Shown: positions 31,165 through 48,715 of the stretch, in pieces | Numbering within the stretch: the first letter of the stretch is position 1 | Layout: the number at the start of each line of letters is the position of its first letter | Source: the human T2T-CHM13v2.0 reference genome, Homo sapiens | Strand: one strand, 5' to 3' | DNA: 64,000 bases | Assembly (NCBI RefSeq): GCF_009914755.1 | Contig: NC_060928.1 | Notes under the pieces: generated by a model | Told to the model about the DNA's origin: nothing | What the model saw: only the letters and a program-made list of their open reading frames with translations | Databases searched by the model: none | Made by a program: the position numbers and the translations under genes

Positions 31165-31170
31165 AATAAA
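31165..31170 (+). terminator. Candidate distal poly(A) signal of WDR17
   Basis: AATAAA preceded by TGTA motifs (around 31132-31140). Confidence 0.5.
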
Positions 31171-31356
31171 TATTACAGTTAAATCCTGATATGACATAGT
31201 TACCGGCTAAGATGAGTAGTTGTTTCTTTCCCGAGACACCATTGAAAGACAAGTGTTTCTCCATAAATGCTTGGATCAGAGTCATCAGAGGTGTGAAAGG
31301 GCTAAGCTGTCCAACTGAGTTGTTACCCTACTCAGTAACCTAGGAAAATCACTTCA

Positions 31357-31647
<291 letters not shown>

Positions 31648-33055
31648 TTATTCCTATAGCAGCTGCTATAGCTCCTAGAAAATTTCATTGCTTCCTTCTG
31701 TCAAAGATTCTTTTTGAAGTAAATGGTCTAAGATATGCCTGTAGTGTTGGCTTCTGTTGCACAATTCATCCTCAAGAAACTCTTGAGGTTACCCACTTTG
31801 ACCATCCTGTATCTTCATTTACATAATCACTATGTAATGAAGCCTACAGACTATTTCCTATTTTCCAGTCTCTATAGGTCCCTCAGGATTCTTGGGAACT
31901 TACCATAGTCGGGCCATGAGTGATGAGCTCTTTCAGGAGATTGAACACAGCACCAGGAGGACAAAGAAACTTATTATTTGACTCTACCCAAAATTAATCC
32001 TCTTCTCTGGATCTTTTTCATGGCTGAGCTTCAGAGACTTGTTTCTCAAACCTTTTCCAAAGGAACTATATAGGTTAAAAGTTATTCTCATAATTTTGTA
32101 CTTTAGATTGTCCCATGAGAGTGCAAGACGACAGATACATTACTTATAGCTGATTAAGATATGCATTTGACCTAGATCTCTTACCTCAGATAAAACTGGA
32201 TTTTGAACACATTCCCAGTAAGTTATCTGTATCATCCGGGCTTTCTTAGTCTTCTTCAATATTATCTCTCTAAAAATGCAAAATTTAACAAGGAAGTCTC
32301 TGGAGGTAGAATTGCTAATAAAACAGTCTGAACTTTCAAAAATGCAGAAAATCTGGTAAGTTTAACTGAAAATTGACATTAGTAATATTCATCTTGGGAG
32401 TCAAATGAGACTATTAATGAGCCAGTATCAAACATAAATAATACCAGTTGAAAATTTTCCACATATAAAACATAAAATTACCATGTATATATAAAAGATT
32501 ATTAATTTTTCAGGACATCAGTCTGCTTTTGTTTCCCTTCAGTTAAAATATGGGGCATAGCAGCAACCAGTGGGAACTTTTAAATTGAACTAAATGTATT
32601 GCTAAACACCAAATCAAATTCCAAGAAAAGGATGATTTTCTTTCCCCACAACTTGTTTTCAATAGAAGGGACACCTGTTTTTTTTTAATGGTTTAAGTTC
32701 AGGCTGTTCTTAGAGATGATCAAGATGTTCTATGGGCCAAAGTATAATAATCATTCAGAATACGATTTAATTAATGAATGTGATGTGTAACTATATAATA
32801 GGCAAAGCAGTAACCTTTAATTTCTAATAAGGAAAACATATGAAAAAGTAGATTCACCATTCCTACAAAATTATGAGAAAGAACTCTTTATTCATCATGG
32901 TGAATTATGTTTATACCTTTAAAATTATTTTTGCTCATTCTGTACTAATTTATTTAATTTTGTATTTTCAACAATGCCTGGCATAGGAGTTTAATAAACA
33001 AATTGAATGGAAAAGAAATGTTCTTTAACACAATTATGGAAAAGACACCACTCTA

Positions 33056-33102
33056 TTTATTATTGAAATACATCCAATACTAGGTGATTCTGTTTCTTTA
33101 TT
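33056..33102 (-). terminator. Two tandem AATAAA poly(A) signals of SPATA4
   Basis: TTTATT on + strand at 33097-33102 and 33056-33061, about 50 and 95 nt past the stop. Confidence 0.7.
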
Positions 33103-33153
33103 ATGGCTAGAGATGGTGGCATCACTTCTTCAAAGCCATTTGACAGGTGCTTT

Positions 33154-33300
<147 letters not shown>

Positions 33301-35317
33301 TCATGGTTACTAAATATTCATACAAGCATCAACATGTCTAATGTATCAAATATATGCAGAATGATTGGCAAGAGGTCAAGCACAGTTAATCTAAATGCCT
33401 GGTAAACAAGAATATTTAAATCACGCATTATAGTACTCATGGATTAAAAAAAGTCTGAATGTCAGCCACTTCCAAAAGTCATCAGCCTAAAAATCTCCAG
33501 GGCTTATTTTGGTGCATCTGATACTGAATATGACCCAACTATTCTTAGATATTGCTTCAGAAAGCAGCTGAGGCAACAGTAGCACAATTTTATACTTAGA
33601 TTTGACAAACGTCCATGATTCATAATACAGTTTATGGAGCTCTGATTACACTGAGGCATTCCAGCTAGCCACCCAGACTCTGTAGGTCACTCAGTTCTAA
33701 TGGGAGGGGCCAGTGGCAACTAAGACATCTATATTCCATTGGCCCATAATTTTGCTAGATAACTAAATTTTGGTGAACAAGTAGAGGAACTTGAGTGTTA
33801 TAAAAAGAAAAAAGCAAAGGTAACAACCTAACTTACAATTAATTTTGGCCCCCCTGTTTGATAATTAGAAGATTTTCAGGTGAACAGCCTGTGATTTCAG
33901 TGCCATTATATGAAATCTTAGATGGTAAAACAGAGTTACGTTCCTACAGTCTAGTGTTTTTGCTTCTCCTCCTTCCATTAACTATCAAACTATGGTAGCA
34001 GACCTGAACTATTTACTCTACTCTCTTATCAGAAACTGAAATGAAGTCCTTTGAACAAATTTAGAAAAAATTATTTAACACTTAATAGTTCTCATCCATA
34101 TAATTACCAAAGCTGAATCCACATCATTCATTAATTTACTATGTGCCTAGATTAAGAGAATCCAAGTATATTATCTGGAACAGGATTGAGACAAGTAAAA
34201 AAAATAAATGTATGTTCACCTTCCCATCCTGATCTACCTTGTCCAATGAAGGCTTCCATAAACCCATCTCTTTTTCCAAAGAGAGCAAGACTATTGAGAT
34301 GAAAGTGAATCATAAAAGAGCAACCAGAGAATCATAAAAAAGAGCAGTAGAGAATAAAATGGGAGGAGTTATTTATGGCCACTTATACATTATTAAAATT
34401 GTAAAAGCAAAAATTCATTTTACTTGGAATCCTGATCTGAAGTAATGATAGCATGTAGTTTTTCTAAAAACTCATATGTGAACCTTGAAGATTTTCAAAA
34501 AAGATAACAAAAATGAGAAATACTCTTTAGCAATTCAAATATCAGCAGGCATCAGTTGTTGTCTCTGGCCTATTTGCATCTCTTTCTTATACTGGAAGGA
34601 AGCCGTGCTGTGACTCATTACTACTCTTTTCTACCTTTTCACTGCATGTCCAAAGCAGGTGACCCTGCTCTTTCCCTTTCCCAGTGAAATTCAGTTAATC
34701 ATAAGGGGAACGAGGCAAGCAAGTTAAACACAAAAACAAAACTTACCTGCAGTTTCCTTTCCATACCTCCTGATCCCCTCCTCCTATGCTCACCCTACCA
34801 CTGTGGCTTCACCTCCCTCCCTGCTGGAACTTTCACCACAAATGTCACCAACAGAAGAAGGTTGAGGCAGGCTGAAGGAGAGGATATATTCCTAGAATCT
34901 AAAGGTGAAACTATGGATGCATTTTATTCATGGAAACATTGTTATCCACTTCCGTTGGATTCTATTATGTTTACTATGCCTCAGGTGGTTGAAGAGTTAA
35001 AGGGATTTTGATGGGCTGGCCTGATGTTTGGACATTAAAAAGTGTGCTATGAGGAACACTAGTTCTACAAGGCCACCAAACAAAGCAAAACCAAATAGTG
35101 ATGTGTGATCAAATAGAGTTTGGAAAACACTTCATTCTGCTTCTCTCCCCTTTAATATTTACAATGCATATTAGCATATTAAAGGTTCTGAGAAATCATG
35201 GTTTTTTTTTTGTTTTTTTAAAAAAAGGAACATTGGCACTGCTCTCAAAGACTCTATGTAAACAAATAACTTTTATCCCCGGCGAAATCCCTCAACACGT
35301 CAGGAAACATAATCTGT

Positions 35318-36075
<758 letters not shown>

Positions 36076-36485
36076 ATAAATGCTTTCTGAATTAACAGGG
36101 TTTAATCAAGTGACTTCTTGTAATACAACTGATTGAGAATTCTTAGTATGCAAGTATCTATATCTGTCTCAGGACTGACTGACTCATCCTCTGACTACTG
36201 AAGAACTGAGCTTTGAACTCTAATGAGCCTGACGTGTTTCCAACTCACCTATTTAAGCATAAATCAGAACTCAGTGGATCTGATTGTAGCAGGCTGGGGA
36301 GGGGGCAGCGACTTAGCAGACCACATGTTCCCTTCACTTATCATAAAGAACTGCATACCAGTGTAATTGGCAGTGTAGGACTGAATGTTGACCTATACCA
36401 ACATTTTAACTATTTAACCGTTTTTTAAAACTTTAATTGAAGAAAGTCAAGCAAAAAAAAATCAATTTTAAGAAGCAAAGAGTTA

Positions 36486-36632
<147 letters not shown>

Positions 36633-38183
36633 TTATTTCTTAAAAAGCCATAATGGCCATTGTCAAAATAAGATGCCATAATTTAAAAATTAAGTAAATT
36701 ATTTAAATTTCTGTTTATCATATTCCTGAGTAGTGTGAATACCTAGGTTAATAGTCCCTCCCCACATTGCTCACAATATATTTAATACACAAAATAGTTA
36801 CTTTAAAGGTAATATATTTATGTTCCTGTTAGTCTTTGGTAAGTTTTTATTCAATTATAATGTATATACAAAAAGGTAAACAAACAGTAAGTGTAATTCA
36901 CTCCAATGAATGTGTGAGTGAATACACTTAGGGTACCACCATCCAGATCAAGAAATGATGTGTTACCAGTACCCCAAAGCCCCCTCATGTCTTTCCAAGA
37001 CAGTATTCTAAAAGGAAAATGCTATCCTGACTTCTATCATTATAGGTTAGTTTTATGTATTTTTATATTTGATAAAATCATACAGTATCTTTCATTTTGC
37101 ACATATTTGTGAATTAAAATTATTTCCATGTTTCCCATATTTCTTTTTAACTAATCCTGTAAACTGAAATACTTGAGCAATTTCCTTGTGCTTCTAAAGA
37201 TCACTTCCTCCTCTGCAACTCATCCTTCACTGAGGCTTGAAGAAGTTGCTAAGTTAATTCCTACTCACCAGTCATGCTCTGTCAACACTAAACACAACTC
37301 TGGCCAGTAACACTGCCAGAACTATAGTTATCACAATTAATTACTTTGGCCACAAATGAGAAATGTTTAAAATCAGCAGTCTCAGGAATCAAGACTGGAA
37401 AAAGAGCACTGCTCAAGAATTGGAAGGGTTTAGATGATCTGTAGTTAAAGAAAAAATGTGTTCAAAAGACAACAGAGATACAGGTTAGTTTTCTACAAAG
37501 ATAGACTTTTAAACAGAAAAGTCAATGATGCCTGATTTGTGGTGTTAAAATATAACTGGACAGAACTGAAATGCTAGACAACGAACTGAAAGGAGGTGAA
37601 GGGGTGGCAGCGAGGGATCAGTGTCATAGTGTTCTAAGGTCCTTGCAGTTTCAGGAAGAGAGTAAAGATTAATTTTAGACTAAGATAAATATGCATGCTA
37701 AAATGTATAGATTAGCACTAAAAAGAGTAGAGATTTAAAATGTTCAAAATTAGTGGGAAAAAAAATCTTTGGAAAAAAACTTAGTCCAAAAGAAGAAAAG
37801 ATAGGTAAGATGAAAAGAAGAAACAGAAAAAGAGAAAAAAAAAACTCAAAATAGTATGTTAGATATGAATACATATAACAACGGGCAGTATTAATAAATT
37901 CATAACAATAAATCACTGTAAATGAAATAGAAACAATACTTCATAGAAGAACAAATTTTAGGACTTTACAAAGTATCAACACTAATTATAAAGCAATAAT
38001 AATTAAGATGCTGAAGTGACACACATGTAGACAAACTGGAATAGAAGGTTCAGAAACAGACCCATACATACATGCAAACTGAAACATGAGAGGGCATTAC
38101 AAATAAGTGGGAAAAGAACAGACTACTCAAAACATGCAGCTGAGGCAATTGGTTCTTCATATGGATTGCAGATGAAGTAACAG

Positions 38184-38643
38184 TGTAGCAGGACAAGCCG
38201 CAGACAAAACCCCTCAGACACCAAGTTAAAGAAGGAAGCAGTTTATTCATCCGGGAACTTCAGCAAGACCCCTGTCTCAAGAGCTGAGCTCTCTGAGTGA
38301 GCAATTCCTGTCCCTTTTAAGGGCTCACAACTCTAAGGGGGTGCACGTGAGAGGGTCCTGATTGATTGAGCAAGCAGCGGGTACGTGACTGGGGGCTGCA
38401 TGCACCGGTAATTAGAATGGAACAGAACAGGACAGGGATCTTCACAGTGCTTTTCTTTACAATGTCTATAATCTATAGATAACACAACCGATTAGGTCAG
38501 GTGTCGATCTTTAACTACCAGGCCCAGGTCGCGGCACTGGGCTGTCTGCCTGTGGATTTCATTTCTGCCTTTTAGTTTTTACTTCTTCTTTCTTTGGAGG
38601 CAAAATTGGGCATAAGACGATAGGGGGGTGGTCTCCTCCCTTA
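38184..38643 (-). mobile_element. LTR2 (HERV-E/Harlequin, ERV1) solo LTR in SPATA4 intron 4, sense to SPATA4
   Basis: Reverse complement starts TAAGGGAGGAGACCACCCC and ends GTCCTGCTACA; 4-bp TSD ACAG; AATAAA at 38247-38242. Confidence 0.88.
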
Positions 38644-38652
38644 ACAGATTAC

Positions 38653-38708
38653 AGGTTTTCACTTTAATCAATTTAAACTTTAAAAGGTTTCACTTTAATC
38701 AATTTAAA
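38653..38708. repeat. Short direct repeat AGGTTT(T)CACTTTAATCAATTTAAA x2
   Basis: Copies at 38653-77 and 38685-708. Confidence 0.85.
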
Positions 38709-38762
38709 TATAGGAGGATATATTTATAATCTCATTATGGGAACAGTGTTAACTATGAAGCT

Positions 38763-39355
38763 TGTATTTGATTTTCATTCCTGCCATAACAAATTACCAC
38801 AAATATCATGACTTAAAACAGCCATTTTTATCTCATGGTACAGAAGTCTGTGTCCTCTATTTAGAGTCTCACGAGGCTGAAAGCAAGGTATTGGCAGGGC
38901 TGCATTCCTTTCTGGAAGTTCTGGGGATGAATCTTCTCCCAGGCTCACTCAGCTCTTTGGCAGAATGCAGTTTCTTATGTTTGCAGGACTAAGGCCCCTG
39001 TTTATTGCCTGGCTGTCAGCCCAAGGTAATTCTTTGCTCCTGGAAGCTGCACCACATACCTTCTCATGCTTTCCATGTTGTCCCTTGTAGCAATAGCAGG
39101 TTGAGACCCTATCACACTCCAGATCTCTTACTTCTCCTTCTCCTACATGTGTCTTGATTCCAGTTGAAGAAAGATCTCTGCTTCTAAGGGTTTGTGTGAT
39201 TAGATCAGGTCTGCCTGAATAAGCCAGCAAACACACCCTATCTTGGGGTCCATAACTTTACATCTGCAAAGTCTCTTTGCAGATGTAAAGTATCATATTC
39301 ACAGGTTTCAGGGATTAGGACATGGATAGCAGGGGGGCTCATTCTGCCTACTACA
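38763..39355 (-). mobile_element. MLT1 (MLT1E-like) LTR
   Basis: CCATAACAAATTACCACAAA ... CATTCTGCCTACTACA. Confidence 0.7.
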
Positions 39356-39457
39356 GAGTTTCATAAAATCAACTAAACTTAAAAATATATATGAATGAAA
39401 TAAAAAATAATATTTAAATAGTATGTATAGGTAAATGAAATAAAGAATAATATATAA

Positions 39458-39767
<310 letters not shown>

Positions 39768-40947
39768 TAGATTTTTAAGTTAAGGAAATTATAAACAAAG
39801 GCAGCAGGATGATAGTTACTCTTGGAAGGGAATGTGGAGAATGCAGTCCGAGGACACAAAGGGGAAGGTAAAGGCATTAGTAATGTTCTATTTCTTAACC
39901 TGTGTAGGGATATACAAATGTGTTTTCATCGTTAGTCATCTTCTTTAAATTGTACATATACATTATATACGTGCATGTGTGATAAATATCACAGCAAAAT
40001 TTTAATGTTTAAAAACATGCAAAATGTTTCAAGATAAAACTCTTCTCATTAATAACCTGAATCACGTCTTTATTCATGAATTTATGAGTAAAGCCAGAGA
40101 TGAGAAAAATCAAGGAAGAGAAAACAAAATATAAGAGATGGAAGAATGGACAAGAGTAAGGAAGGACAAAACCTAAAATATCCATCTCACAATTTTAGGA
40201 GATGTTAAAATTGGTGCTTTCCTCTCTGGCTAGAAACCAGAGAGAAAATGGTTTTCTTCAGAAAAAGTTCACAGGGGAGAGAAATCCTAATGACCTACAT
40301 CTGCCTCTTTTCCCGAATGTTTGGGTGCCACAGAAATGATGCGGTCTCTAGATGTCTGGAATCAAGTGAAATAAAATTTCAATACATGAGTGGTATCCTG
40401 AGTAAACTGCCAGAAAAACAAACAAAAACATGTAGAGTGAAAGTTCAATTACTCTGCCACCTGCCAGTGACTCTGGCAAATGCAGATGGCAAATGCTTTG
40501 TTTGGGTACTTAGAGAATGATTTCAGTGATACGTCTGGAAAGTTGCCATGATTGCCCCAATCTGCTCTACCATCTACATCCAAACAAGCCTACTATGGAA
40601 AGGATAACATTGTCCACACTGTAGAAAGCATCCACAGTGAATCATAGTAATCCAGGCTTTTCCCAAGGGATGAGTGTCCTGCTTAACTCTTAAACTCCTT
40701 AGTTACTTGATATATGAACTTGTTTCTTGTGAAAGGTTACAAGAATTTTTCATACACATATACGTTTCTAAAAAGAAGTGTCTGTATACTGTGTTAACTT
40801 ATGCCTTCACCAAAAAGATTGATTTATAAACCACTCCAATGCTAATAAATCATTTCACTGCTAGCATTAAAGAAGTAATTTCCCTTTAAACCAGTTACAG
40901 AAGATAGCAAAATGGGCCAGTGCCGACATTTCTTTCATCTGTGCTCA

Positions 40948-41295
<348 letters not shown>

Positions 41296-41330
41296 TTAAA
41301 TTGTGTTACTAGGAAATTACAAAGAACTTA

Positions 41331-41522
<192 letters not shown>

Positions 41523-41820
41523 TTAATCTCCCTTTTATTTACCTATGAAGTAATTTTTGTGTTTAACACGTTAGTTATTAAAAGATAATATTCAGCAGGA
41601 AAACCAATCAGTATATATCATGCTAATGGAAATAATTATGCTCAGTTTCATAGGTGACTCATGACATAAACAGTTGGAATTTAATAAACTTTGTAATACA
41701 CAGGAACAAGCTGCCAACTCAGTATCACACAGTCACACACATACACGTAGAGATCCAGGAAATTAGCATGGCACACTTTAAAACAAACATCTTAACAGTT
41801 AAAAGTGTAAATGACTGCTA

Positions 41821-41970
<150 letters not shown>

Positions 41971-42275
41971 TTAGGAAATGAAATAAAGTGTAGTTAATTA
42001 TGCAGTTTGTATTATTTTATAATTAATACTAGTCTAATATTCCATACTAAAAGTATCTTGTAAAGTGAGTGTTGTTGGATCGTTGCTCTAAGGAGAACCT
42101 ACTGTGGAATTCTGCTAAGATTATCTACGTTTCAAAGGCTTTGGTGTTCTTTTGATGAACCCAAACTGTTAATTTGTATTGAATCCGCATTTCAAGAAGA
42201 TCCCCAGGTGATTCATATGCACTTTAAAATTTCAGAGGCATGGTTGTAAGGAATACTGAAGACAAATTAGTAAAC

Positions 42276-42906
42276 TAGTCCCCCGCTTATCTGCAGTTTT
42301 GCTTTCTGCAGTTTCAGTTACCTTGGGTCAATCACAGTCGGAAAATATTAAATGGAAAATTCAAGAAATAATTTGTAACTTTTAAATTGTACTCTGTTCT
42401 GGGCAGTCTGATGAAACCTCCCTGCCTGCTCTGTGTTGCCTAGGATGTGAGTCCTCCCTTTGTCCAGAGTCTCCACGTTGTAGACATCAGTCACCTTTTA
42501 GTCATCAGATCAACTGTACAGTGTGGTGCGCTTGTGTGCAAAGGCAAGAGCAGTGATGCTGGTGATTCAGATATGCCAGAGAGAAACCATAAAATTATTC
42601 CTTTAGGTGAAAAGATGAAAGTTCTTGACTTAATAGAAAGTTGTAAGAATGGTTACAATGGTAGGAATGAATCATATTCCTGAAATATGAAGAAAAAGAA
42701 ATTCTTGATAGTTTCGGCATCACACCTCAAACTGAAAAACTTTCAGCCACAGTGTAAGTGCTTAGTTAAGATTTTTAAAAAGGCATTAAATTTGTGGATG
42801 GAAGACATAAACAGAAATGTGTTCTGACAGAGGGTTCTGTAGTATCCACAGTTGCCATCCACTGGGGATCTTGGAACCTATGCCTCTCTGATAAGGAGAG
42901 ACTACT
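42276..42906. mobile_element. MER44/Tigger7-like DNA transposon
   Basis: TAGTCCCCCGCTTATC ... GATAAGGAGAGACTA inverted termini. Confidence 0.75.
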
Positions 42907-43089
42907 TTAAACCAGAGTTCTGCAAAAGATTCATTGCCTTTTTATAGAATTTAGTTTGCATTCCCAGAGCAAATATTAGCTGCCAGTTACATACAAAGTG
43001 CCTACAATTAAGCAGCAACTTTAAAAACTTGTTGGTAACTCTCAAACTAGATGCCATCTCCGACAAAGGGTAAACTGATCCTTACCAGT

Positions 43090-43385
43090 ATTTTTTTTTT
43101 TTGAGACAGAGTCTTACCCTGCCACCTAGGCTGGAGTGCAGCGGCATAATCTCGACTCACAGCAACCTCCGCCTCCCGGGTTCAAGCATTCTCCTGCCTG
43201 CAGCCTCCCCAGTAGCTGGGATTACAGGCACCCGCCACCACACTGGGCTAATTTTTTGTATTTTTTAGTAGAGACGGGGTTTCACCGTGTTGGTCAGGCT
43301 GTTACTCAACTCCTGACCTCAGGTGATCCGCCTGCCTCGGCTCCCAAAATGCTGGGATTACAGGCATGAGCAACTGTGCCCGGCC
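43090..43385 (-). mobile_element. AluS (antisense) in SPATA4 intron 1
   Basis: TSD TCCTTACCAGTATT. Confidence 0.9.
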
Positions 43386-43549
43386 GTCCTTACCAGTATT
43401 AATGCCCAATATCACTAAAGAAAAAGCTTTGACTATTTTAATATTTTTGTAGTCACCAAAGCATTCTATATTGTCCACAATTTAATGATTGGTTGATTAA
43501 TTGAATAAACAAGATGTATCGTGGTATTTTGTTAAAGCCTTGTTCCCTA

Positions 43550-44145
<596 letters not shown>

Positions 44146-44709
44146 CAGTCTCAGATTTAGTTGGCCTCACTGTTAACCTATTTAGAGCTTTTTTTTTCTT
44201 ATGTCATCGTTCATAAGTTTTGTATTTTAAATATTGTTGGTTTCTGCCCAGCCAAAGGCCTATTTTCAGTCCTCTAGTTTGAGGAGTGGTGTGAGAAGAC
44301 TCCAGAGGCCAAGGACAGTTTTTGTTTGGGAATTGGAAGAGATGGGGGAAAAAAATCTTTGAAATGGAAATGAATGTCCACAAAATTTAACATAACTATT
44401 TCCTTAATTATTGCATTAAGTATTTGTAAACATTAATATTTGAAAACGATGTGTAGGTTAGATTTTCACACTTAATTAAAATCTCCTAGTAGGCATAATT
44501 CCTTCATTAATTCAACAAATATGTATTGAGTCCATATTATGTGCCACACATTCATCTAGTCACTTGGGATCTATCTGAACACAATGAAAACAACTGCAAA
44601 GTTGGCATAGGCAATTATAAATATGTAAGCTTAATTATTAAAATCCATTAAAAATTTTTACAGCCACAGTTTTTTGTTTTTTGTTTTTTGTTTTTTGTTT
44701 TTTTTGCTT

Positions 44710-44952
44710 GGCAGGGCACAGTGGGTCATGCCTGTAATCCCAGCACTTTGGGTGGTGGAGGCGGGAGGATCGTTTGAGCTCAGGAGTTCAAGACCAGCCT
44801 GGGCAACACAAGGTGGAGAGACTTTCGCTACAAAACAAACAAACAAACAAAATAGCTGGGTGTGGTGGTGCACACCTGTACTCTCAAGTACTCCAGATGC
44901 TGAGGTGGGAGGATTGCTTGAGCTCAGGAACTTGAGGCTGCAGAGAGCCAGG
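44710..44952 (+). mobile_element. AluJ-like, 3'-truncated, preceded by (TTTTTG)n
   Basis: Alu consensus; no A tail visible. Confidence 0.8.
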
Positions 44953-45204
44953 TGACAGGCCCTGTGGATACATACACATGGTAAAATATGGGATAGATCT
45001 TGATAATGATACTATGTAATATTTTTAATGTTTATTCATATACATGCTTATTAATAAAGTAAACCAATGTATTCTGTATGTGGTTAAAAAAGAAAACCAA
45101 AACTGAAGCTATGTAAGTGTTTTCTGTTAGGCTAAAAAAGTTTTAATGAATGATTCATTCATTCTGTAAACCTTTTCTGAGGAACTATCCTGGAGTATGT
45201 GCTA

Positions 45205-45392
45205 GATCTTTACCATCCAATATGGTAGCCACTAGCCACATGTGGCTATTTAAACTTAAATTTAAATAAACTCAGTTCCACTGGCTACATTTTACCTGCT
45301 CAATAGCCATATGTAGCTAGTGGCTGCCATGTTGGGTAGGACAGACACAGCACTGTTCCATCACTACAGGAATTTCGATTGGACAGCTCTGT
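45205..45392. mobile_element. MER3/MER33-like hAT element
   Basis: TCCAATATGGTAGCCACTAGCCACATGTGGCTATT ... ATTGGACAG. Confidence 0.7.
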
Positions 45393-45621
45393 GCGGCAGA
45401 TCATTTATAAGAGATTCAGAGATAGAAATATCAGTGAAAAGATTACATACACTGAAAAGCTCTGCCATGGTAAAAATATGTTAGCACCAGAAAGGAAGCA
45501 AATACTTTGGCCTGGGAGAGTGTAAGAAGTCCTCTCAAAAGAGATGACCATTAATTTGGATCTTAGAAGGTGGTATTTTAAGCTGATTTTTAAGATGAAA
45601 GCTTTGAATAGCCATTTCTAC

Positions 45622-46100
45622 TGTGAAAGGAAATTAAATCTTGGGACCCCCCCCACCTCCCCCAAATCACTAAGCTAAAGGGAAAAGTCAAAGTGGGAAC
45701 TGCTTAGGGCAAACCTGCCTCCTATTCTATTCAAAGTCACCGCTTAGCTCACTGAGCTAAATGCATACCTGATTGCCTACTCTGGAAAGGCTCATCAGAA
45801 ACTCAACAGAATGCAACCATTTGTCTCCCATCTACCTATGACCTGGAAGCCCCCTCCCTGCTTGAGTTGTCCTGCCTTTGCTTCTAGTTGTCCCACCTTT
45901 TCCAGACCAAATCAATGTTCATCTTCCACATGTCGACTGAAGTCTCATGTCTCCCTAAAATGTATAAAACCAAACTGCCCTGACCACCTTGGGCACATGT
46001 CAGGACCTCCTAAGGCTGTGTCACGGGTGCTCATCCTCAACCTTGGCAAAATAAACTTTCTAAATTAACTGAGACCTGTCTCAGAGTTTCTGGGTTCACA
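45622..46100 (+). mobile_element. MER4A-type ERV1 solo LTR
   Basis: TGTGAAAGGAAA ... GGGTTCACA; 4-bp TSD CTAC; AATAAA near the 3' end. Confidence 0.85.
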
Positions 46101-46499
46101 CTACCTTTTATTAGCTATATGACTTTGGGCAAGTTATTTAACATTTGTATTTGTAAAATATGGAAATAAATAGGATACACCACAGAGCTGTAGAGATTAA
46201 ATAAGTGAAATCTATAAAGAGCCTAAAACAATGTGCAGCACGTAGTGCTCAGTAAGCATAGATGATTGCTTCAAAGGTGATCTTGGAAATTTATTTGGAT
46301 GATGAAGGGGCAATCTCACACAGAGTGACTAATGGGAGCAATTGCATAGAAATATGAGGGGTTTTTTAAATGAATTTTAGGAAAGAACAGAACCCATTAG
46401 GGTTAGAGAAAGTGTTTAGGCATTATCAACCAAAGAGACATTGTCAACCAAAGGTTTAGATGATAATGGCTAGAGAGGTAGGTTAGATCTATAGGTTAG

Positions 46500-46795
46500 G
46501 GTTTATTTGTTTTTGTTTTTGAGACAGAGTCATGCTGTTGCGCAGGCTGGAGTGCGGTGGCGTGCTCAGGGCTCACTGCAGCCTTGACCTCCTGGACTCA
46601 AGTGAACCTCCCACCCCAGCCTCTCATCTCAGCCTCCCAAGTAGCTGGGACTACAGGTGCAAACCACAATGATTGGTCAGTTTTTAAATTTTTTATAAAG
46701 ACGGGTCTTGAACTTGTGGGCTTGAGGAATCAATCCTCCAGCCTTGGCCTTCCAAAGTGCAGCAATTACAGGCATGAGCCACCACGCCCAGCTAG
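46500..46795 (-). mobile_element. AluJ-like (antisense, rearranged)
   Basis: Reverse-complement Alu segments. Confidence 0.8.
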
Positions 46796-46843
46796 ATTGG
46801 GGCTTAATTGTAAACAGTTTTGCTAAAGAGTTGGAAATCTTCC

Positions 46844-47946
46844 TGTAATCAGTGTGCCAATTGTTAAGCAAATACATCCCTGTTAGAAACACTCCCTTCT
46901 CTGTTCTCAGTTCTGTGATGCCGGAGTTGGAACGCTGCGGCATTTTCTCCTTTGCTGGGTGGATGGTAAATTCTGCCAATATGGGGAGTGAGAGAGTGGC
47001 CAGGAGGTGGAGAGCAGGGATTTGCTATTTCTCTGCTTGCTGTTCAAGCCCCTGTGTCACCATGGCAACAAAGCTTCACCTGGCCGGGGCAATTGGTTCC
47101 AGTCTCCAGTATGGTTGGTTGGTTGGTTTGTTTGTTTAGCACTCCTGGAGCAAGTTTCATCATATTCTCTCCGAGGTTTTAGCAACCACCAAGAAGTGGC
47201 CCTCCTTGGAAGTCTGAGACCCAATTTTACTCTCGGACAGCTCATGTGAGCTCCTGAAGTATTAGCACCAGCTGTGTACGCCCCATCCTCAAGTCTAAGT
47301 CTTGAGGCTCTTAAGCCTCCAACTCTTACGTTCTTATAACTTCAACTTCTTCCCTGGGGGTGGTAATTGCTTCCTGAAGTGTCTAGCTCTGTGTTAATTT
47401 GATGGTCCCATTTTAGTTTTTCGGTTCTTCAACACCACCAGTTCCTTATAAAGCCGATGCAGGTTTGAACCACAGGATTTGGAACTGCACGGGCCCACTA
47501 ATATGTGGATTTTCTTCCACCTCTGCCAACCCCAAGACAGCAGGACCAATCCCTCCTCTTCCTCCGTCTCCTCAGCCTACTCAGTGTGAAGACAAGGATG
47601 AAGACCTTTCTGACGATCCACTTCCACTTAATGAATAGTTAATATATTTTCGCTTCTTTATGATTTTCTTAATAACATTTTCTTTTCTCTAGCTTACTTT
47701 ATTGTAAGAATACAGTACATAATATATATCACACAAAATATGTGTTAATTGATGTTTATGTTATTGGTAAGACTTCCAACAGTAGGCTATTAATAGTTAT
47801 GTCTTTGGGGAGTCTACAGTTGGGTTTTCTACCATGCAGGACGTCGGTCCCCCTAATCTTAATGTTGTTCAAGGATCAGCTGTTAAAATTCTTGCTGTTG
47901 AATACCTGGAATTAGTTCTGTTTTCCTGATTGGATGCTGAATGACA
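46844..47946 (+). mobile_element. LTR33-like ERVL LTR interrupted by Tigger2a (~47460-47882)
   Basis: CTCAGTTCTGTGATGCCGGAG...TTCTGCCAATATGGGG...GTTCTGTTTTCCTGATTGG...GACA resemble LTR33; the Tigger2a ends TTGTTCAAGGATCAGCTG. Confidence 0.55.
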
Positions 47947-47974
47947 TATTGCTTGGTACCTGGAGTGAGGTTTT

Positions 47975-48715
<741 letters not shown>

